NCBI GenBank assembly: GCA_017621475.1
Contig: JAGATA010000003.1
Location: 76,072 to 140,071, forward strand
DNA from: Clostridia bacterium
GTDB taxonomy: Bacteria > Bacillota > Clostridia > Oscillospirales > CAG-272
Length of the DNA: 64,000 nt
Direction: 5' to 3'
Part shown: in pieces, positions 1 to 9,455 of the stretch
Position numbering within the stretch: position 1 is the first letter of the stretch
Layout: each line of letters starts with the position of its first letter
The notes under the pieces: generated by a model
The model's database searches: none
What the model was told of the DNA's origin: nothing
The model's input: the letters and a program-made list of their open reading frames with translations, nothing else
Position numbers and translations under genes: made by a program

Positions 1-2
1 TG

Positions 3-2333
3 CAGACGAACACTCCTGTTTTTGCAAAAAAATATATAAGCTTTGAAAAAAGCGTGGCTGAAAATGGCGTGACCTCCCAAATACGAGCTGAAAACGGCGG
101 TATGGTGCTCTGCGAAACCGAAATTACGACAGAGCGCGAATGTAAAATTACCATAGAAAATCTTGGTGGTGCTTTTGCGCTTTCCGTGTGCGGTGAAAGG
201 CACGCTTTCGGCGAAAAAATACTCCTTTCCCAAGGTTCAAACAGAGTGGCTCTTGTTGGACACGATCCTAAAGTTTTTGTAAAAGGAGAGGGATTCGCGC
301 TGGGAAAATGGAAAAAAGCAGAACCCGAAAAGTGCGATGCCACGAAAAAGAAACGCCCCCCGCGTTTTCCTTGGAACGACCTTGCGAGCGAAGAAAAGCT
401 GCCCGAAAAAGTTGAGTGCTACCTTACTTCCAAGGTTCAGCTTGCTATGCGTGATGCGGGAGATACTTCTTGCGAGCTTACCGATTTTGAAAAGATAAAA
501 TATAAAAAATATATCTCTTGTGGGGATTCCGTAACGGACGAAAAGCTTGAAAAAGCCGCACCGAGAGAAAAATCCGACAAACTTCTCGGCATTATTGGGA
601 GAGAAAATATTTTTGCACCCGATGGTGAAACGACAATTCCGCCTTCGGACAAGGATGTTACTTTTATTCTGGATTTCGGCGTTATGCATGTCGGCGGTAT
701 TTACCTTGATGTGAGCGCGAAAAGCGGAACAAAGCTTACTTTTTCTGCTTTTGAAGCTATAAATGAAAATGGTACTGTTATTGACAGCGAGCGCAGAATG
801 CTTGTCTATACCTGCAAGGAGGGAAGAAACGAATATATTTCCCACACACGAAAGGGCTTTCGTTATTTGCTTGTCAACATTCCCGCACGTGATTATGACG
901 TAAAGATACATAATATTTTCCTTTACGAATGGAGATTTCCCACAGAAACACTTTCGGATTTTTCCTGTTCCGACGAGCGTATAAACGAAGTCTATAAAAT
1001 GTGCATAGATACGGCAAAGGTATGTATGCTCGACGCATACGTTGATTGCCCCGGGTATGAGCAGAATATCTGGGTGGGAGATGCGGGTGTGACAGCGCTT
1101 GTAAACCTTTGCAATTTCGGCGCTTACGATTTCAACGAAAGATTTCTCTCTCTTATCGCGGGCTCTGTCACGGACGGACTTCGCAGATTATACAGAACTA
1201 ATAATAAACGATATCTTTCGGGTAGATTTTTGCCATGCGCTTCTTTTCCCACTTATCCCGAGGGCAATATACCGATATGGAGCTATATGTGGGTTCTAAC
1301 CGTGGCAGAGCATTATAAGCACACGGGGGACAGGGAAGCTCTTGCAAATCTTCTTCCAGCGGTGGAGGAAACGCTTCGCCGTTCGCTTTTGATGCTCAGC
1401 GAACGCGGGCTTCTTTCTATAAACGGTGCGTGGAACCTTATCGAATGGGCGAATAACGACCTTTGCGAATACGGCGAACCCACGGCAAACAGCATTATGC
1501 TCTCGTACTGCTTTAAAGTATTTGCAGAGCTTGAAGCGGAGCTTGGAAGAACGGAGATGGCGGAAGAATATAAATGCGCTTCAAAACGCATAAAAGACGC
1601 TGTAAACAAATATTGTTGGAAAGAGGAGCGCGGCGCGTATATAGATACCGTGCGCGATGAGGTTTCTTACGCAGAATATCTTAAATATTATAGCGAAATT
1701 GGAAAAACTCCGCTTTCGCTTGAGGATTATCTTGCGCTTTCCCGCGTGAGTGTGCAGACAAATACCTTTGCTGTAATGTACGGCGTTGCGGATGGGGAAA
1801 GACGCAATCTTGCTCTTTCTATGCTTGCGGAAAATATTGAAAAGGGTGTTTTTGTCGCCGGCTCTCCCGCATACCGCACAGTAGGAATACCTAGCGAGGC
1901 GGAAGCACCCGGCGGTATTGTCCACGTTGGTTCGCCGTTCTTTATGTATTTTGTGCTTCACACGCTGTTTGAAAACGGATATTCCGAGTTTGCGTTGCGC
2001 TCTATCAAGCGCGAGTGGGGCGATATGCTTGATTCAGGCGTTACGACTTGTACCGAAACCTTCAACAGCAAGACGGAGTGGAAAACGCGAAGCGTGGCGC
2101 ACGCTTGGTCGGCGTCCCCGGCGATATTCCTTGTTACAGAGCTTTTGGGAGTTAAGCCTTTAAAGCCCGGTTTTGCGGAATTTGAAGTAGCTCCGTGTGC
2201 TTCCGACGTGAATTTTGCAAAAGGAAGTGTGCCGACGCCTTACGGTGAAATATACGTTGAATGGTATAAAGACGAAAACGGTAAGATAAATATTTCTTGC
2301 ACCTCACCAAAAGAGTGCGTGCGGATAAGATAA
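3..2333 (+). CDS. GH78-like six-hairpin glycosidase (alpha-L-rhamnosidase family), probably 5'-partial at window edge
   Basis: ORF track 54..2333 (GTG start), but the same frame has no stop back to nt 3, so the start may lie upstream of the window. DAYVDCPGYEQNIWVGDAG resembles the GH78 catalytic-domain motif. The C-terminal GVKPLKPGFAEFEVAP tail is typical of rhamnosidase C-domains. A terminator follows. Confidence 0.6.
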   Translation, partial: QTNTPVFAKKYISFEKSVAENGVTSQIRAENGGMVLCETEITTERECKITIENLGGAFALSVCGERHAFGEKILLSQGSNRVALVGHDPKVFVKGEGFALGKWKKAEPEKCDATKKKRPPRFPWNDLASEEKLPEKVECYLTSKVQLAMRDAGDTSCELTDFEKIKYKKYISCGDSVTDEKLEKAAPREKSDKLLGIIGRENIFAPDGETTIPPSDKDVTFILDFGVMHVGGIYLDVSAKSGTKLTFSAFEAINENGTVIDSERRMLVYTCKEGRNEYISHTRKGFRYLLVNIPARDYDVKIHNIFLYEWRFPTETLSDFSCSDERINEVYKMCIDTAKVCMLDAYVDCPGYEQNIWVGDAGVTALVNLCNFGAYDFNERFLSLIAGSVTDGLRRLYRTNNKRYLSGRFLPCASFPTYPEGNIPIWSYMWVLTVAEHYKHTGDREALANLLPAVEETLRRSLLMLSERGLLSINGAWNLIEWANNDLCEYGEPTANSIMLSYCFKVFAELEAELGRTEMAEEYKCASKRIKDAVNKYCWKEERGAYIDTVRDEVSYAEYLKYYSEIGKTPLSLEDYLALSRVSVQTNTFAVMYGVADGERRNLALSMLAENIEKGVFVAGSPAYRTVGIPSEAEAPGGIVHVGSPFFMYFVLHTLFENGYSEFALRSIKREWGDMLDSGVTTCTETFNSKTEWKTRSVAHAWSASPAIFLVTELLGVKPLKPGFAEFEVAPCASDVNFAKGSVPTPYGEIYVEWYKDENGKINISCTSPKECVRIR

Positions 2334-2339
2334 GACGGA

Positions 2340-2367
2340 CCTCCGCGAAGGCTTTCGCGGAGGTTTT
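2340..2367 (+). terminator. Rho-independent terminator
   Basis: 10-bp GC-rich stem cctccgcgaa/ttcgcggagg, 4-nt loop, then TTTT. Confidence 0.65.
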
Positions 2368-2433
2368 GTGTATATTGACTTTATAGTATATTTTTTATAT
2401 AATTTATATATTGCAAGAAAAGGAGGTGAATCT

Positions 2434-3126
2434 ATGATATACATAACAGGGGACACCCACGGAGATATGAACCGATTTTACGGCGCGTTTTTGCCGAATG
2501 AAAAATCCCTTACCGAAAAAGACTTTGTTATAGTTTGCGGAGATTTTGGCTTTGTTTGGGAATTAGAAGGAACAAGGGAGTATATTCGGGAGAAAATGAT
2601 ACTTGACGAGCTTGAAAAAAAGCCTTATACGATACTTTTTTGCGATGGCAACCACGAAAATTTTGCACGTCTTAACTCTTTGCCTATAAAGAAATGGAAC
2701 GGCGGCAAGGTACACCGCATAAGGAAAAATATCCTGCACCTTATGCGTGGTCAGGTCTATATGATAGACGGAAAGAAGTTTTTTTCAATGGGCGGTGCAT
2801 ACAGCATTGACCGCCATATGAGAAGAGAGAACATCTCTTTTTGGAAAGAGGAGATGCCGTGCGCGGCAGAATATAACGAAGCGCTTAAAAATCTTGAAGC
2901 GAACGGTTTTGAGGTTGATTATATAATTTCACACACAGCCCCGTCCGACATTATAATCGCTATGGGAAAAAGCGGCGACGTTCACGAATGGGAACTTACA
3001 TCGTTCTTGGGGCGTCTTTCTTATGAAGTGAGTTTCAAAAAGTGGTTTTTCGGACATTGGCATACGGAGAAAGATATTTTTGGCAAATTCCGCGCACTTT
3101 GGTTTGACGTTTGCGAAATAAGATAG
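2434..3126 (+). CDS. Metallophosphoesterase (calcineurin-like phosphoesterase family)
   Basis: Internal ATG preceded by aaaggagg. The N-terminus MIYITGDTHGD, plus GDFG and GNHE motifs, are classic metallophosphatase signatures. Confidence 0.75.
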   Translation: MIYITGDTHGDMNRFYGAFLPNEKSLTEKDFVIVCGDFGFVWELEGTREYIREKMILDELEKKPYTILFCDGNHENFARLNSLPIKKWNGGKVHRIRKNILHLMRGQVYMIDGKKFFSMGGAYSIDRHMRRENISFWKEEMPCAAEYNEALKNLEANGFEVDYIISHTAPSDIIIAMGKSGDVHEWELTSFLGRLSYEVSFKKWFFGHWHTEKDIFGKFRALWFDVCEIR

Positions 3127-3201
3127 AAAAATTTAAAAATATCCCAACCTTTTTAACTTTTCCGTGTCTTTATGGGTGAAAGCTTTCAAGGAGATAAACA
3201 A

Positions 3202-4875
3202 ATGAAAAAACAGGATGCAGAGAGAATTATAAACGAATATATAAAACCCCTCTACGGCTTTGCGCTTAAAAGATGCAAAAATATGCAGGATGCAGAAGAC
3301 CTTTCGCAGGAGATTGCGGTACGCGCATATAAAACGCTTCTTCTCCGTCATGATATTGATGACACGGCGAAGTTTATATGGACCATAGCGCACAACACGC
3401 TTGCAAATTATTACCGAGACAGCGCGCGTGCGTTTGTCGGCGTTTGCTTGGACGATCTTTCGGAAACTCTTTCTGACGGAAAAGATTTCGTTTTGGAATT
3501 GGAAAAGGACGAAACGGTATCTAAACTTCAAAGCGAGATAGCGTATCTTTCGAAGCTTCGCAGAAAAATAATTATCGCATATTATTACGAAAATAAAAAG
3601 CAAGAAGAAATAGCGGCAGAGTTGAAAATTCTTCTCGGTACTGTTAAATGGCATTTGTTTGACGCAAAAAAAGAATTGAAAAGAGGAATGGAGACTATGA
3701 GAAAACCGAGTGAACTTAAATTTAATCCGATAAAGTTTGAAACCTGCGGAACGAACGGCTCTGTCGGAACGGAAGGAGAAAACGGAAATTTTTTCCGAAG
3801 CGCACTTGCGCAAAATATTGCCTATGCTGTTTACAGCGAGGCGAAAACCGTAAATGAGATAGCAGAGGCTCTTGGTGTGTCGCCCGTTTACATTGAAAGT
3901 GAAGCGGAACATCTTGAAAAATACGGATTTTTAATAAAGCGCGGTGAAAAATATCTTGCCAATATCTTAATAGAAGAAGTTTCTGCGGAAAAAAGCAAAA
4001 TTCAGGATGAGATTTACTCAAAAGCTGCGAAGATGTTTGCTTGCGAACTTTTTGACGCAGTATCAAATTCTCCGCTTATCGATGACCAAAATATCGTTGC
4101 CTCTAACAGAATGAAGGATATTGTAAACGGTTTTCCTGTTTTTGAAAAGGATAAAAACTTTATTCTTTGGTCGCTTGTGCCGTATATCATTGCGTGGAGC
4201 GGGGAAAGTATCTATGACGAGGAAGAAAAGGTAAGTTTTGAAGAAGCCGCAACGCGCAGAATAGACGGCGCACAAAATATTTGCTGTGCTATGGTGAACA
4301 CTTGCGGGGAGGAGATGCCAAAGTATTTTGAAAATATGCGAAAATGCTTTGGTCCCGCTTGGCAGGAAAAAAAGAACGTTATGCTTTGGCAGTTTGATAC
4401 CGAATGGTCAGGAAAACGTATGGACGAGGAGTATTTCGGCAAGATAGGTCATATGCTTTCCGATTTGAACCGCTTTTTTAATGACGAGCTTTCTTTCCGT
4501 GATTCGCCTCTTGTTGAAAACGGATACCTTCGTATTCACGAAAGCGAGAAAGGACAATGGATAACCTTGCAGAGCGTTTGGATAAGAAGCGAAAATGCAA
4601 GAAAAGCGCTCGTTGCCATAGGCGATGCTGTCCGCGAAAAATATAAAGCGGAATTTGCTTCTCTTCGTGCGCAGTATATGGAGCTTATGCTGGAGGGAAC
4701 ACCTAAGCATCTTTATAAAATGGCAGCATATCCTTTGCAGCATACGTTTTATTGCGAAGGTATGTTTTTGTTTTATTGCCTTCGCGAGCTTCTTGAATGT
4801 GGCAAGCTCAAAGAGCCGAAGGACTATCAAAAGAAAAACCTTACTTCGGTTATAATAACGAAAGAAAAAAGTTAA
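3202..4875 (+). CDS. Sigma-70 family (ECF-like) sigma factor with ~380-aa C-terminal extension
   Basis: ATG after caaggag. Region 2-like DAEDLSQEIAVRAY..IAHNTLANYYR and region 4-like EEIAAELKILLGTVKWHLFDAKKEL lie within the first ~175 aa. A second HTH-like stretch (TVNEIAEALGVSPVYI) follows, then a long domain I do not recognise. Confidence 0.7.
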   Translation: MKKQDAERIINEYIKPLYGFALKRCKNMQDAEDLSQEIAVRAYKTLLLRHDIDDTAKFIWTIAHNTLANYYRDSARAFVGVCLDDLSETLSDGKDFVLELEKDETVSKLQSEIAYLSKLRRKIIIAYYYENKKQEEIAAELKILLGTVKWHLFDAKKELKRGMETMRKPSELKFNPIKFETCGTNGSVGTEGENGNFFRSALAQNIAYAVYSEAKTVNEIAEALGVSPVYIESEAEHLEKYGFLIKRGEKYLANILIEEVSAEKSKIQDEIYSKAAKMFACELFDAVSNSPLIDDQNIVASNRMKDIVNGFPVFEKDKNFILWSLVPYIIAWSGESIYDEEEKVSFEEAATRRIDGAQNICCAMVNTCGEEMPKYFENMRKCFGPAWQEKKNVMLWQFDTEWSGKRMDEEYFGKIGHMLSDLNRFFNDELSFRDSPLVENGYLRIHESEKGQWITLQSVWIRSENARKALVAIGDAVREKYKAEFASLRAQYMELMLEGTPKHLYKMAAYPLQHTFYCEGMFLFYCLRELLECGKLKEPKDYQKKNLTSVIITKEKS

Positions 4876-4886
4876 CTTCGTTAACT

Positions 4887-4912
4887 AAAAACGCCCCGAA
4901 AAGGGCGTTTTT
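4887..4912 (+). terminator. Rho-independent terminator
   Basis: aaaaacgccc / gggcgttttt stem with cgaaaa loop and T-run. Confidence 0.6.
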
Positions 4913-4981
4913 GCATAAGGAAAACTTTGTTTAAACAAGCAAAATTGCGCACGTTCCACGCGGGGTTTCCTATGTTATAAA

Positions 4982-5012
4982 GTAAAACCACCTCCGCAGG
5001 AGGTGGTTTTAC
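4982..5012 (-). terminator. Strong hairpin, probable terminator of the 5020..6045 gene
   Basis: 14-bp perfect stem gtaaaaccacctcc / ggaggtggttttac with 3-nt loop, followed on the minus strand by a TTTAT tail. Confidence 0.5.
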
Positions 5013-5019
5013 TACTCTA

Positions 5020-6045
5020 TCATAGAGATCGAGAGAGCATTTTTTTGAGTGTTGAAATATTTGCGGATATTGCACGAAGCGTTGCTTTCTTGCGATTTTT
5101 CGTAAGATCGCTGCGAAGAAGCAACGAATCGAATCCCGTGGTACATTGAATTTTGAATTCGATATTCAAAAATCCGTCTTTTATATTGCAAGATGTCGTT
5201 TTTTCGAAAGCGTGCATCTTTTTCAAAACAGCAACTTCCATGGAAAGCTCGGAAAGGTCGGAAATAATGTGAAAAGCATCGCTTTCATCATTGCAAATCT
5301 TGCTGCAGGCTTTTGTTTGCAAACGTATCTTTGCATAACCTTCCTGGCAATATTCCAATGAAGGCGCGATACATTTATTATCCGAAAATGTTAAACAGAC
5401 ATATATCATTTTGAATAAAACGAATAAAAAATCATCTATATTTATTTTACAAAAACAGAATTTTCTTGCATTATCGAGCATTGTAACAGCAGATATTTTA
5501 AAGCCGAGCGAAGCAAGCGAACTGCCGGCTTTGGAACACACAAGCTCCAAAACTTCTGCCATATCAAAAATATCTCTGTTCATAAAAGAGAGCTTATCTC
5601 TTGAAACCTTCATAAGTAGCAAAAGGTCATCCAAAAGCCTTATAGGGGAAGAATTTTCAAAATAATTTTGGCTTTCTTTGTAAGCGTTATATGCAGAAGT
5701 GTAAAAATCGAAAAAGTTTCCTTTAAATTGATCTTTAACTCTTTCAAGCATAACTTTACTGTTTTCCAACTGTAGGTTTGAAAAGAAAACAAAGAAAACG
5801 GTTTCGTCGTCATAAAGAAAAACAAGGGCACGCTTGAACTGCGTGCCCTTTGTAAATTGTATTTCTATAGGCTCGGAAAGATCTGTATCTTTATTCAATT
5901 CATCTGTATGAAGAGTGATTCTGGAGCTTTTTCGAAAATTTGAGAAAAATCTTTTTGCTATGTTATTTTTATGCTGTATTACAAAATTTCTGTCTGTAAT
6001 AATTATGGGAAAATCCGCAAGATTGAAAATATCATAGCATATCAT
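5020..6045 (-). CDS. Hypothetical soluble protein, PAS-like N-terminus plus degenerate histidine-kinase-like C-terminus
   Basis: 341-aa ORF. LLDDLLLLMKVSRDKLSF..FDMAEVLELV..IDDFLFVLFKMIYVCLTFS follows the spacing of HisKA/HATPase_c blocks, but I see no H-box His, N-box Asn or DxGxG. No clear SD. AT-rich relative to flanks. Confidence 0.4.
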   Translation of the reverse strand: MICYDIFNLADFPIIITDRNFVIQHKNNIAKRFFSNFRKSSRITLHTDELNKDTDLSEPIEIQFTKGTQFKRALVFLYDDETVFFVFFSNLQLENSKVMLERVKDQFKGNFFDFYTSAYNAYKESQNYFENSSPIRLLDDLLLLMKVSRDKLSFMNRDIFDMAEVLELVCSKAGSSLASLGFKISAVTMLDNARKFCFCKINIDDFLFVLFKMIYVCLTFSDNKCIAPSLEYCQEGYAKIRLQTKACSKICNDESDAFHIISDLSELSMEVAVLKKMHAFEKTTSCNIKDGFLNIEFKIQCTTGFDSLLLRSDLTKNRKKATLRAISANISTLKKMLSRSL

Positions 6046-6051
6046 GATCTA

Positions 6052-7449
6052 TTAAACAGTGTGAACTTTTTTGTCGAAGTCTGCGTTAGCGCTATCGATA
6101 TTGTACATAGCGTTTTTACGCGCTTCGAAGAATTTAACGGCAACCTGTTCAAAGAGAGCGTAGGAAAGAACGTCTTCGTCCTGAATTGCCCAAGGTTTAA
6201 CCTTTTCACGGAGCGTTTCAAGCTCGGGCTTGAGGTCGTCTGCGGGGCGGTAGTTGATGGGCTTTTCGCCGCCAAGGATCTGTTTTACAAATGCGGGGTC
6301 GATCTTAACGGGTGTTTTACCGTATTCGCCGCGAACAAGACCCTTGAATTCTTTTGTACACATCTTGTAGCGTTCACCTGCGAGCACGTTGAACACAGCC
6401 TGCGTGCCAACGATCTGGGAGGAAGGTGTTACAAGCGGAGGATAACCTGCATCTGCACGAACACGCGGAACTTCTGCAAGAACTTCGTCAAGAAGTTCGG
6501 ATTTTCCTGCCTGCTTGAGCTGAGAAACAAGGTTGGAAAGCATACCGCCGGGAACCTGGTAGAGAAGGGCATTAACGTCAACCTTAAGCACTTTGGGATC
6601 GAGCAAGCCGTCCTTCATATATTTTTCACGCAAGGGAGTAAAGTGTTTGCAAACCTTGTCAAGCTCGTTAAGGTCAAGACCCGTATCGTATTCCGTGCCT
6701 GCAAGAGTTGCAACGATAGCTTCCGTGGGAGGCTGAGACGTACCGAGAGCCATGGGAGATATAGCTGTATCAACAATATCAACGCCTGCTTCGATAGCCT
6801 TGAGAAGCGTCATAGAGCCAAGACCGGATGTGTAGTGCGTATGGAGCTCTATCGGAACTTTAACCTTCTTTTTGAGCATTGTTACAAGCTCATAAGCATT
6901 GTAGGGTGTGAGCAAGCCTGCCATATCTTTGATACAGATAGAGTCTGCACCCATTTCCTCAAGCTGCTTTGCATACTGCGCAAAGCCTTTGTTGGAGTGC
7001 GCGGGGCTTGTTGTATAGCTGATAGCCGCCTGAACGTGGCCGCCCTCTTTCTTCGTAGCTTCGATAGCTGTTTTGAGGTTGCGGGGGTCGTTAAGAGCGT
7101 CGAAAATTCTGATGATGTCGATACCGTTTGCAATGGACTTCTGAACGAAATATTCAACAACGTCATCTGCATAGTGACGGTAACCGAGGATGTTCTGACC
7201 GCGGAAGAGCATCTGAAGCTTTGTATTCTTTACAGCACCGCGGATCTTGCGGAGTCTATCCCAAGGATCTTCGTTAAGGAAACGAAGGCAGGAGTCAAAC
7301 GTAGCGCCGCCCCAAGCTTCCAAAGAATAGTAGCCGACTTTATCCATCTGCTCCAAAACGGGGAGCATATCTTCCGTTGTCATACGTGTCGCGATCAAGG
7401 ACTGATGCGCGTCACGAAGAACGGTTTCACAAATTTTTACTTGTGCCAT
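6052..7449 (-). CDS. Oxaloacetate decarboxylase alpha / transcarboxylase 5S-type carboxyltransferase subunit (no biotinyl domain)
   Basis: N-terminus MAQVKICETVLRDAHQSL..EAWGGATFD is the HMGL-like pyruvate carboxyltransferase signature. At 465 aa it lacks a C-terminal biotinyl domain. Confidence 0.85.
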   Translation of the reverse strand: MAQVKICETVLRDAHQSLIATRMTTEDMLPVLEQMDKVGYYSLEAWGGATFDSCLRFLNEDPWDRLRKIRGAVKNTKLQMLFRGQNILGYRHYADDVVEYFVQKSIANGIDIIRIFDALNDPRNLKTAIEATKKEGGHVQAAISYTTSPAHSNKGFAQYAKQLEEMGADSICIKDMAGLLTPYNAYELVTMLKKKVKVPIELHTHYTSGLGSMTLLKAIEAGVDIVDTAISPMALGTSQPPTEAIVATLAGTEYDTGLDLNELDKVCKHFTPLREKYMKDGLLDPKVLKVDVNALLYQVPGGMLSNLVSQLKQAGKSELLDEVLAEVPRVRADAGYPPLVTPSSQIVGTQAVFNVLAGERYKMCTKEFKGLVRGEYGKTPVKIDPAFVKQILGGEKPINYRPADDLKPELETLREKVKPWAIQDEDVLSYALFEQVAVKFFEARKNAMYNIDSANADFDKKVHTV

Positions 7450-7479
7450 ATTTAAAATCCTTTCTAAATTTCTTGAAAA

Positions 7480-8691
7480 TTAGCCAAACATAGCAAGGAA
7501 TACGCCCGCTGCGATAGCGGAGCCGATAACACCCGCAACATTGGGACCCATAGCGTGCATAAGAAGGAAGTTGGAAGGATCTTCTTTTTGACCTTGGATC
7601 TGGGCAACACGCGCCGCCATAGGAACGGCGGAAACACCTGCGGAACCAATGAGGGGGTTGACTTTACCTTTAGTGAGCCAGCACATAATTTTGCCGCCGA
7701 GAAGACCGCCGAGCGTGGAAAGAGAGAACGCTATAAGACCGAGGATGATGATCTTTATCGTAGGCCAATCGAGGAAGTTTTTAGCGTTTGCCGTGGCACC
7801 GACGGAGATACCAAGGCATATTGTTACGATATTCATAAATTCGTTCTGAGCTGTCTTGGAAAGTCTTTCCGTAACGCCGGAAACCGTAAGAAGGTTGCCG
7901 AACATCAGAAGACCAATAAGCGGAGCCGCATCGGGAACTATAAGGCAAACGACAGCCGTTACAACGATGGGGAACATAACAAGCTCGAGCTTGGATACGG
8001 GACGAAGTGTCTGCATCTTTATCTGACGTTCCTTTTTTGTTGTCATAAGCTTCATAAGCGGGGGCTGGATCATAGGAATAAGCGCCATATAGGAATATGC
8101 CGCAATGGCGATAGCGCCGAGAAGGTGGGGGGCAAGCTTTGTTGTTACAAGGATGGCAGTAGGACCGTCCGCGCCGCCGATAATACCGATCGCTGCCGCT
8201 TCAAGTTCTGTAAAGCCAAGGAGAAGCGCGCCGGAAAAAGCAACGAATACACCAAGCTGCGATGCCGCACCGAGGAAAAGTGTTTTGGGGTTGGCTATAA
8301 GAGGGGAGAAGTCTGTCATCGCACCGACACCCATAAAAATGATGGAGGGGTAGATGGCAAATTTAACGCCGAGATAGATGAAGTCAAGGAAGCCTCCGTT
8401 ATTCAGTATATGAAGGAAAATATCGGAGAGCTGGTGGGAGTATGTACCGTCAGCCATCTTAACACCATCTATAAACCAATCCATATGGAAGAGATTTGCT
8501 CCGGGCAAGTTTGCAAGGAGCATACCGAATGCAATAGGGAGTAGGAGCAACGGCTCGAACTTCTTGACGATCGCGAGGTACACGAGAACGCCGACGATAA
8601 CGTACATTATCAATGTTTTTATAAGCATTTCTGTGGACTCAAACTGTGCGATACCGGTTGTTGCAAGAAAAGAATTTATTGCGTCTAACAA
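7480..8691 (-). CDS. Na+-translocating decarboxylase beta subunit (OadB/MmdB/GcdB family)
   Basis: 403-aa polytopic membrane protein with glycine-rich helices (IGIIGGADGPTAI, SAGVSAVPMAARV) typical of the family. Sits in a decarboxylase cluster. Confidence 0.85.
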   Translation of the reverse strand: MLDAINSFLATTGIAQFESTEMLIKTLIMYVIVGVLVYLAIVKKFEPLLLLPIAFGMLLANLPGANLFHMDWFIDGVKMADGTYSHQLSDIFLHILNNGGFLDFIYLGVKFAIYPSIIFMGVGAMTDFSPLIANPKTLFLGAASQLGVFVAFSGALLLGFTELEAAAIGIIGGADGPTAILVTTKLAPHLLGAIAIAAYSYMALIPMIQPPLMKLMTTKKERQIKMQTLRPVSKLELVMFPIVVTAVVCLIVPDAAPLIGLLMFGNLLTVSGVTERLSKTAQNEFMNIVTICLGISVGATANAKNFLDWPTIKIIILGLIAFSLSTLGGLLGGKIMCWLTKGKVNPLIGSAGVSAVPMAARVAQIQGQKEDPSNFLLMHAMGPNVAGVIGSAIAAGVFLAMFG

Positions 8692-8732
8692 GATTTATTC
8701 ACCGCCGTTCAGTTATAAGGTATTCTTTAAAA

Positions 8733-9104
8733 TCAGTTAAGTGTGACGAGAACTTCACCACTGGATACAGAAGCGCCGGACTGAACGTTAACAGAAGCAA
8801 CGGTGCCGTCTTCGGGAGCTTTGATTTCGTTTTCCATCTTCATAGCTTCGAGAACGCAGAGTGTGTCGCCTTTTTTTACAGCAGCGCCAACGGATGTGTT
8901 AACTTTTACGATTGTACCGGGCATAGGAGCAGTAACAGTTACACTGCCGGCAGCACCGGCGGGAGCAGCTGCGGGAGCAGGAGCAGCTGCAGGAGCGGGA
9001 GTAGCCACGGGAGCGGGAGCAACTACAGGAGCAACGCCGCCTACAACTTCTTCAACGTTTACAACGTATGTCTGACCGTTTACGGTTATATTATATGTTT
9101 TCAT
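8733..9104 (-). CDS. Biotin carboxyl carrier subunit (biotinyl/lipoyl domain)
   Basis: 123 aa with an Ala/Pro linker and the EAMKMENEI biotinylation motif. Confidence 0.9.
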   Translation of the reverse strand: MKTYNITVNGQTYVVNVEEVVGGVAPVVAPAPVATPAPAAAPAPAAAPAGAAGSVTVTAPMPGTIVKVNTSVGAAVKKGDTLCVLEAMKMENEIKAPEDGTVASVNVQSGASVSSGEVLVTLN

Positions 9105-9123
9105 TTTAAATTATCCTCCGAGA

Positions 9124-9432
9124 TTATTTAATACGTTTGAAAGATACAACGCGGAATTTTGTTACGGGCTCTCCGCAGTAAGCCGAGATAGCAGCCGCAA
9201 GGACCGCAACAAGCTCTGCATCATTTGCAGAAGCGGGAGCGGGCGCAGGGGATACTGCAGGGGCGGGAGCAGGGTCTGCCTTGGGTGCTTCCTCTTTTGC
9301 TTTGGGCTCTTTCTTGGGCTGGTTTATAAGACCCATACCCTTAATCGCAAAATAAATAATTGCAATGATCGCGAAAACAGCAAGCATACCGAGACCTATG
9401 ATCTGACCGCCTTCGAATAAGAGATCTAACAT
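9124..9432 (-). CDS. OadG-like small membrane subunit of the decarboxylase
   Basis: 102 aa with a single N-terminal TM helix, an Ala/Pro-rich linker and a conserved-looking C-tail AAISAY. Position between the carboxyltransferase and the biotin carrier. Confidence 0.6.
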   Translation of the reverse strand: MLDLLFEGGQIIGLGMLAVFAIIAIIYFAIKGMGLINQPKKEPKAKEEAPKADPAPAPAVSPAPAPASANDAELVAVLAAAISAYCGEPVTKFRVVSFKRIK

Positions 9433-9455
9433 AGCAGAAATCCTCCTATCTTAGA

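Noticed and set aside
3146-3165. ECF-style autoregulatory promoter (AAC ... CGT) upstream of the sigma factor gene
   Set aside because: The AAC and CGT elements are only 14 nt apart rather than the usual ~16-17 nt, and the match is short, so it is too weak to call.
5971-7455. 494-aa ORF on the plus strand
   Set aside because: It is the codon-aligned antisense shadow of the OadA/5S-type gene, whose product is unmistakable.
8940-9290. Repetitive GCA/GCT/CCT-rich DNA that looks like a tandem repeat
   Set aside because: It encodes the Ala/Pro-rich flexible linkers of the biotin carrier and the OadG-like subunit. This is ordinary low-complexity coding sequence, not a CRISPR or VNTR-type element.
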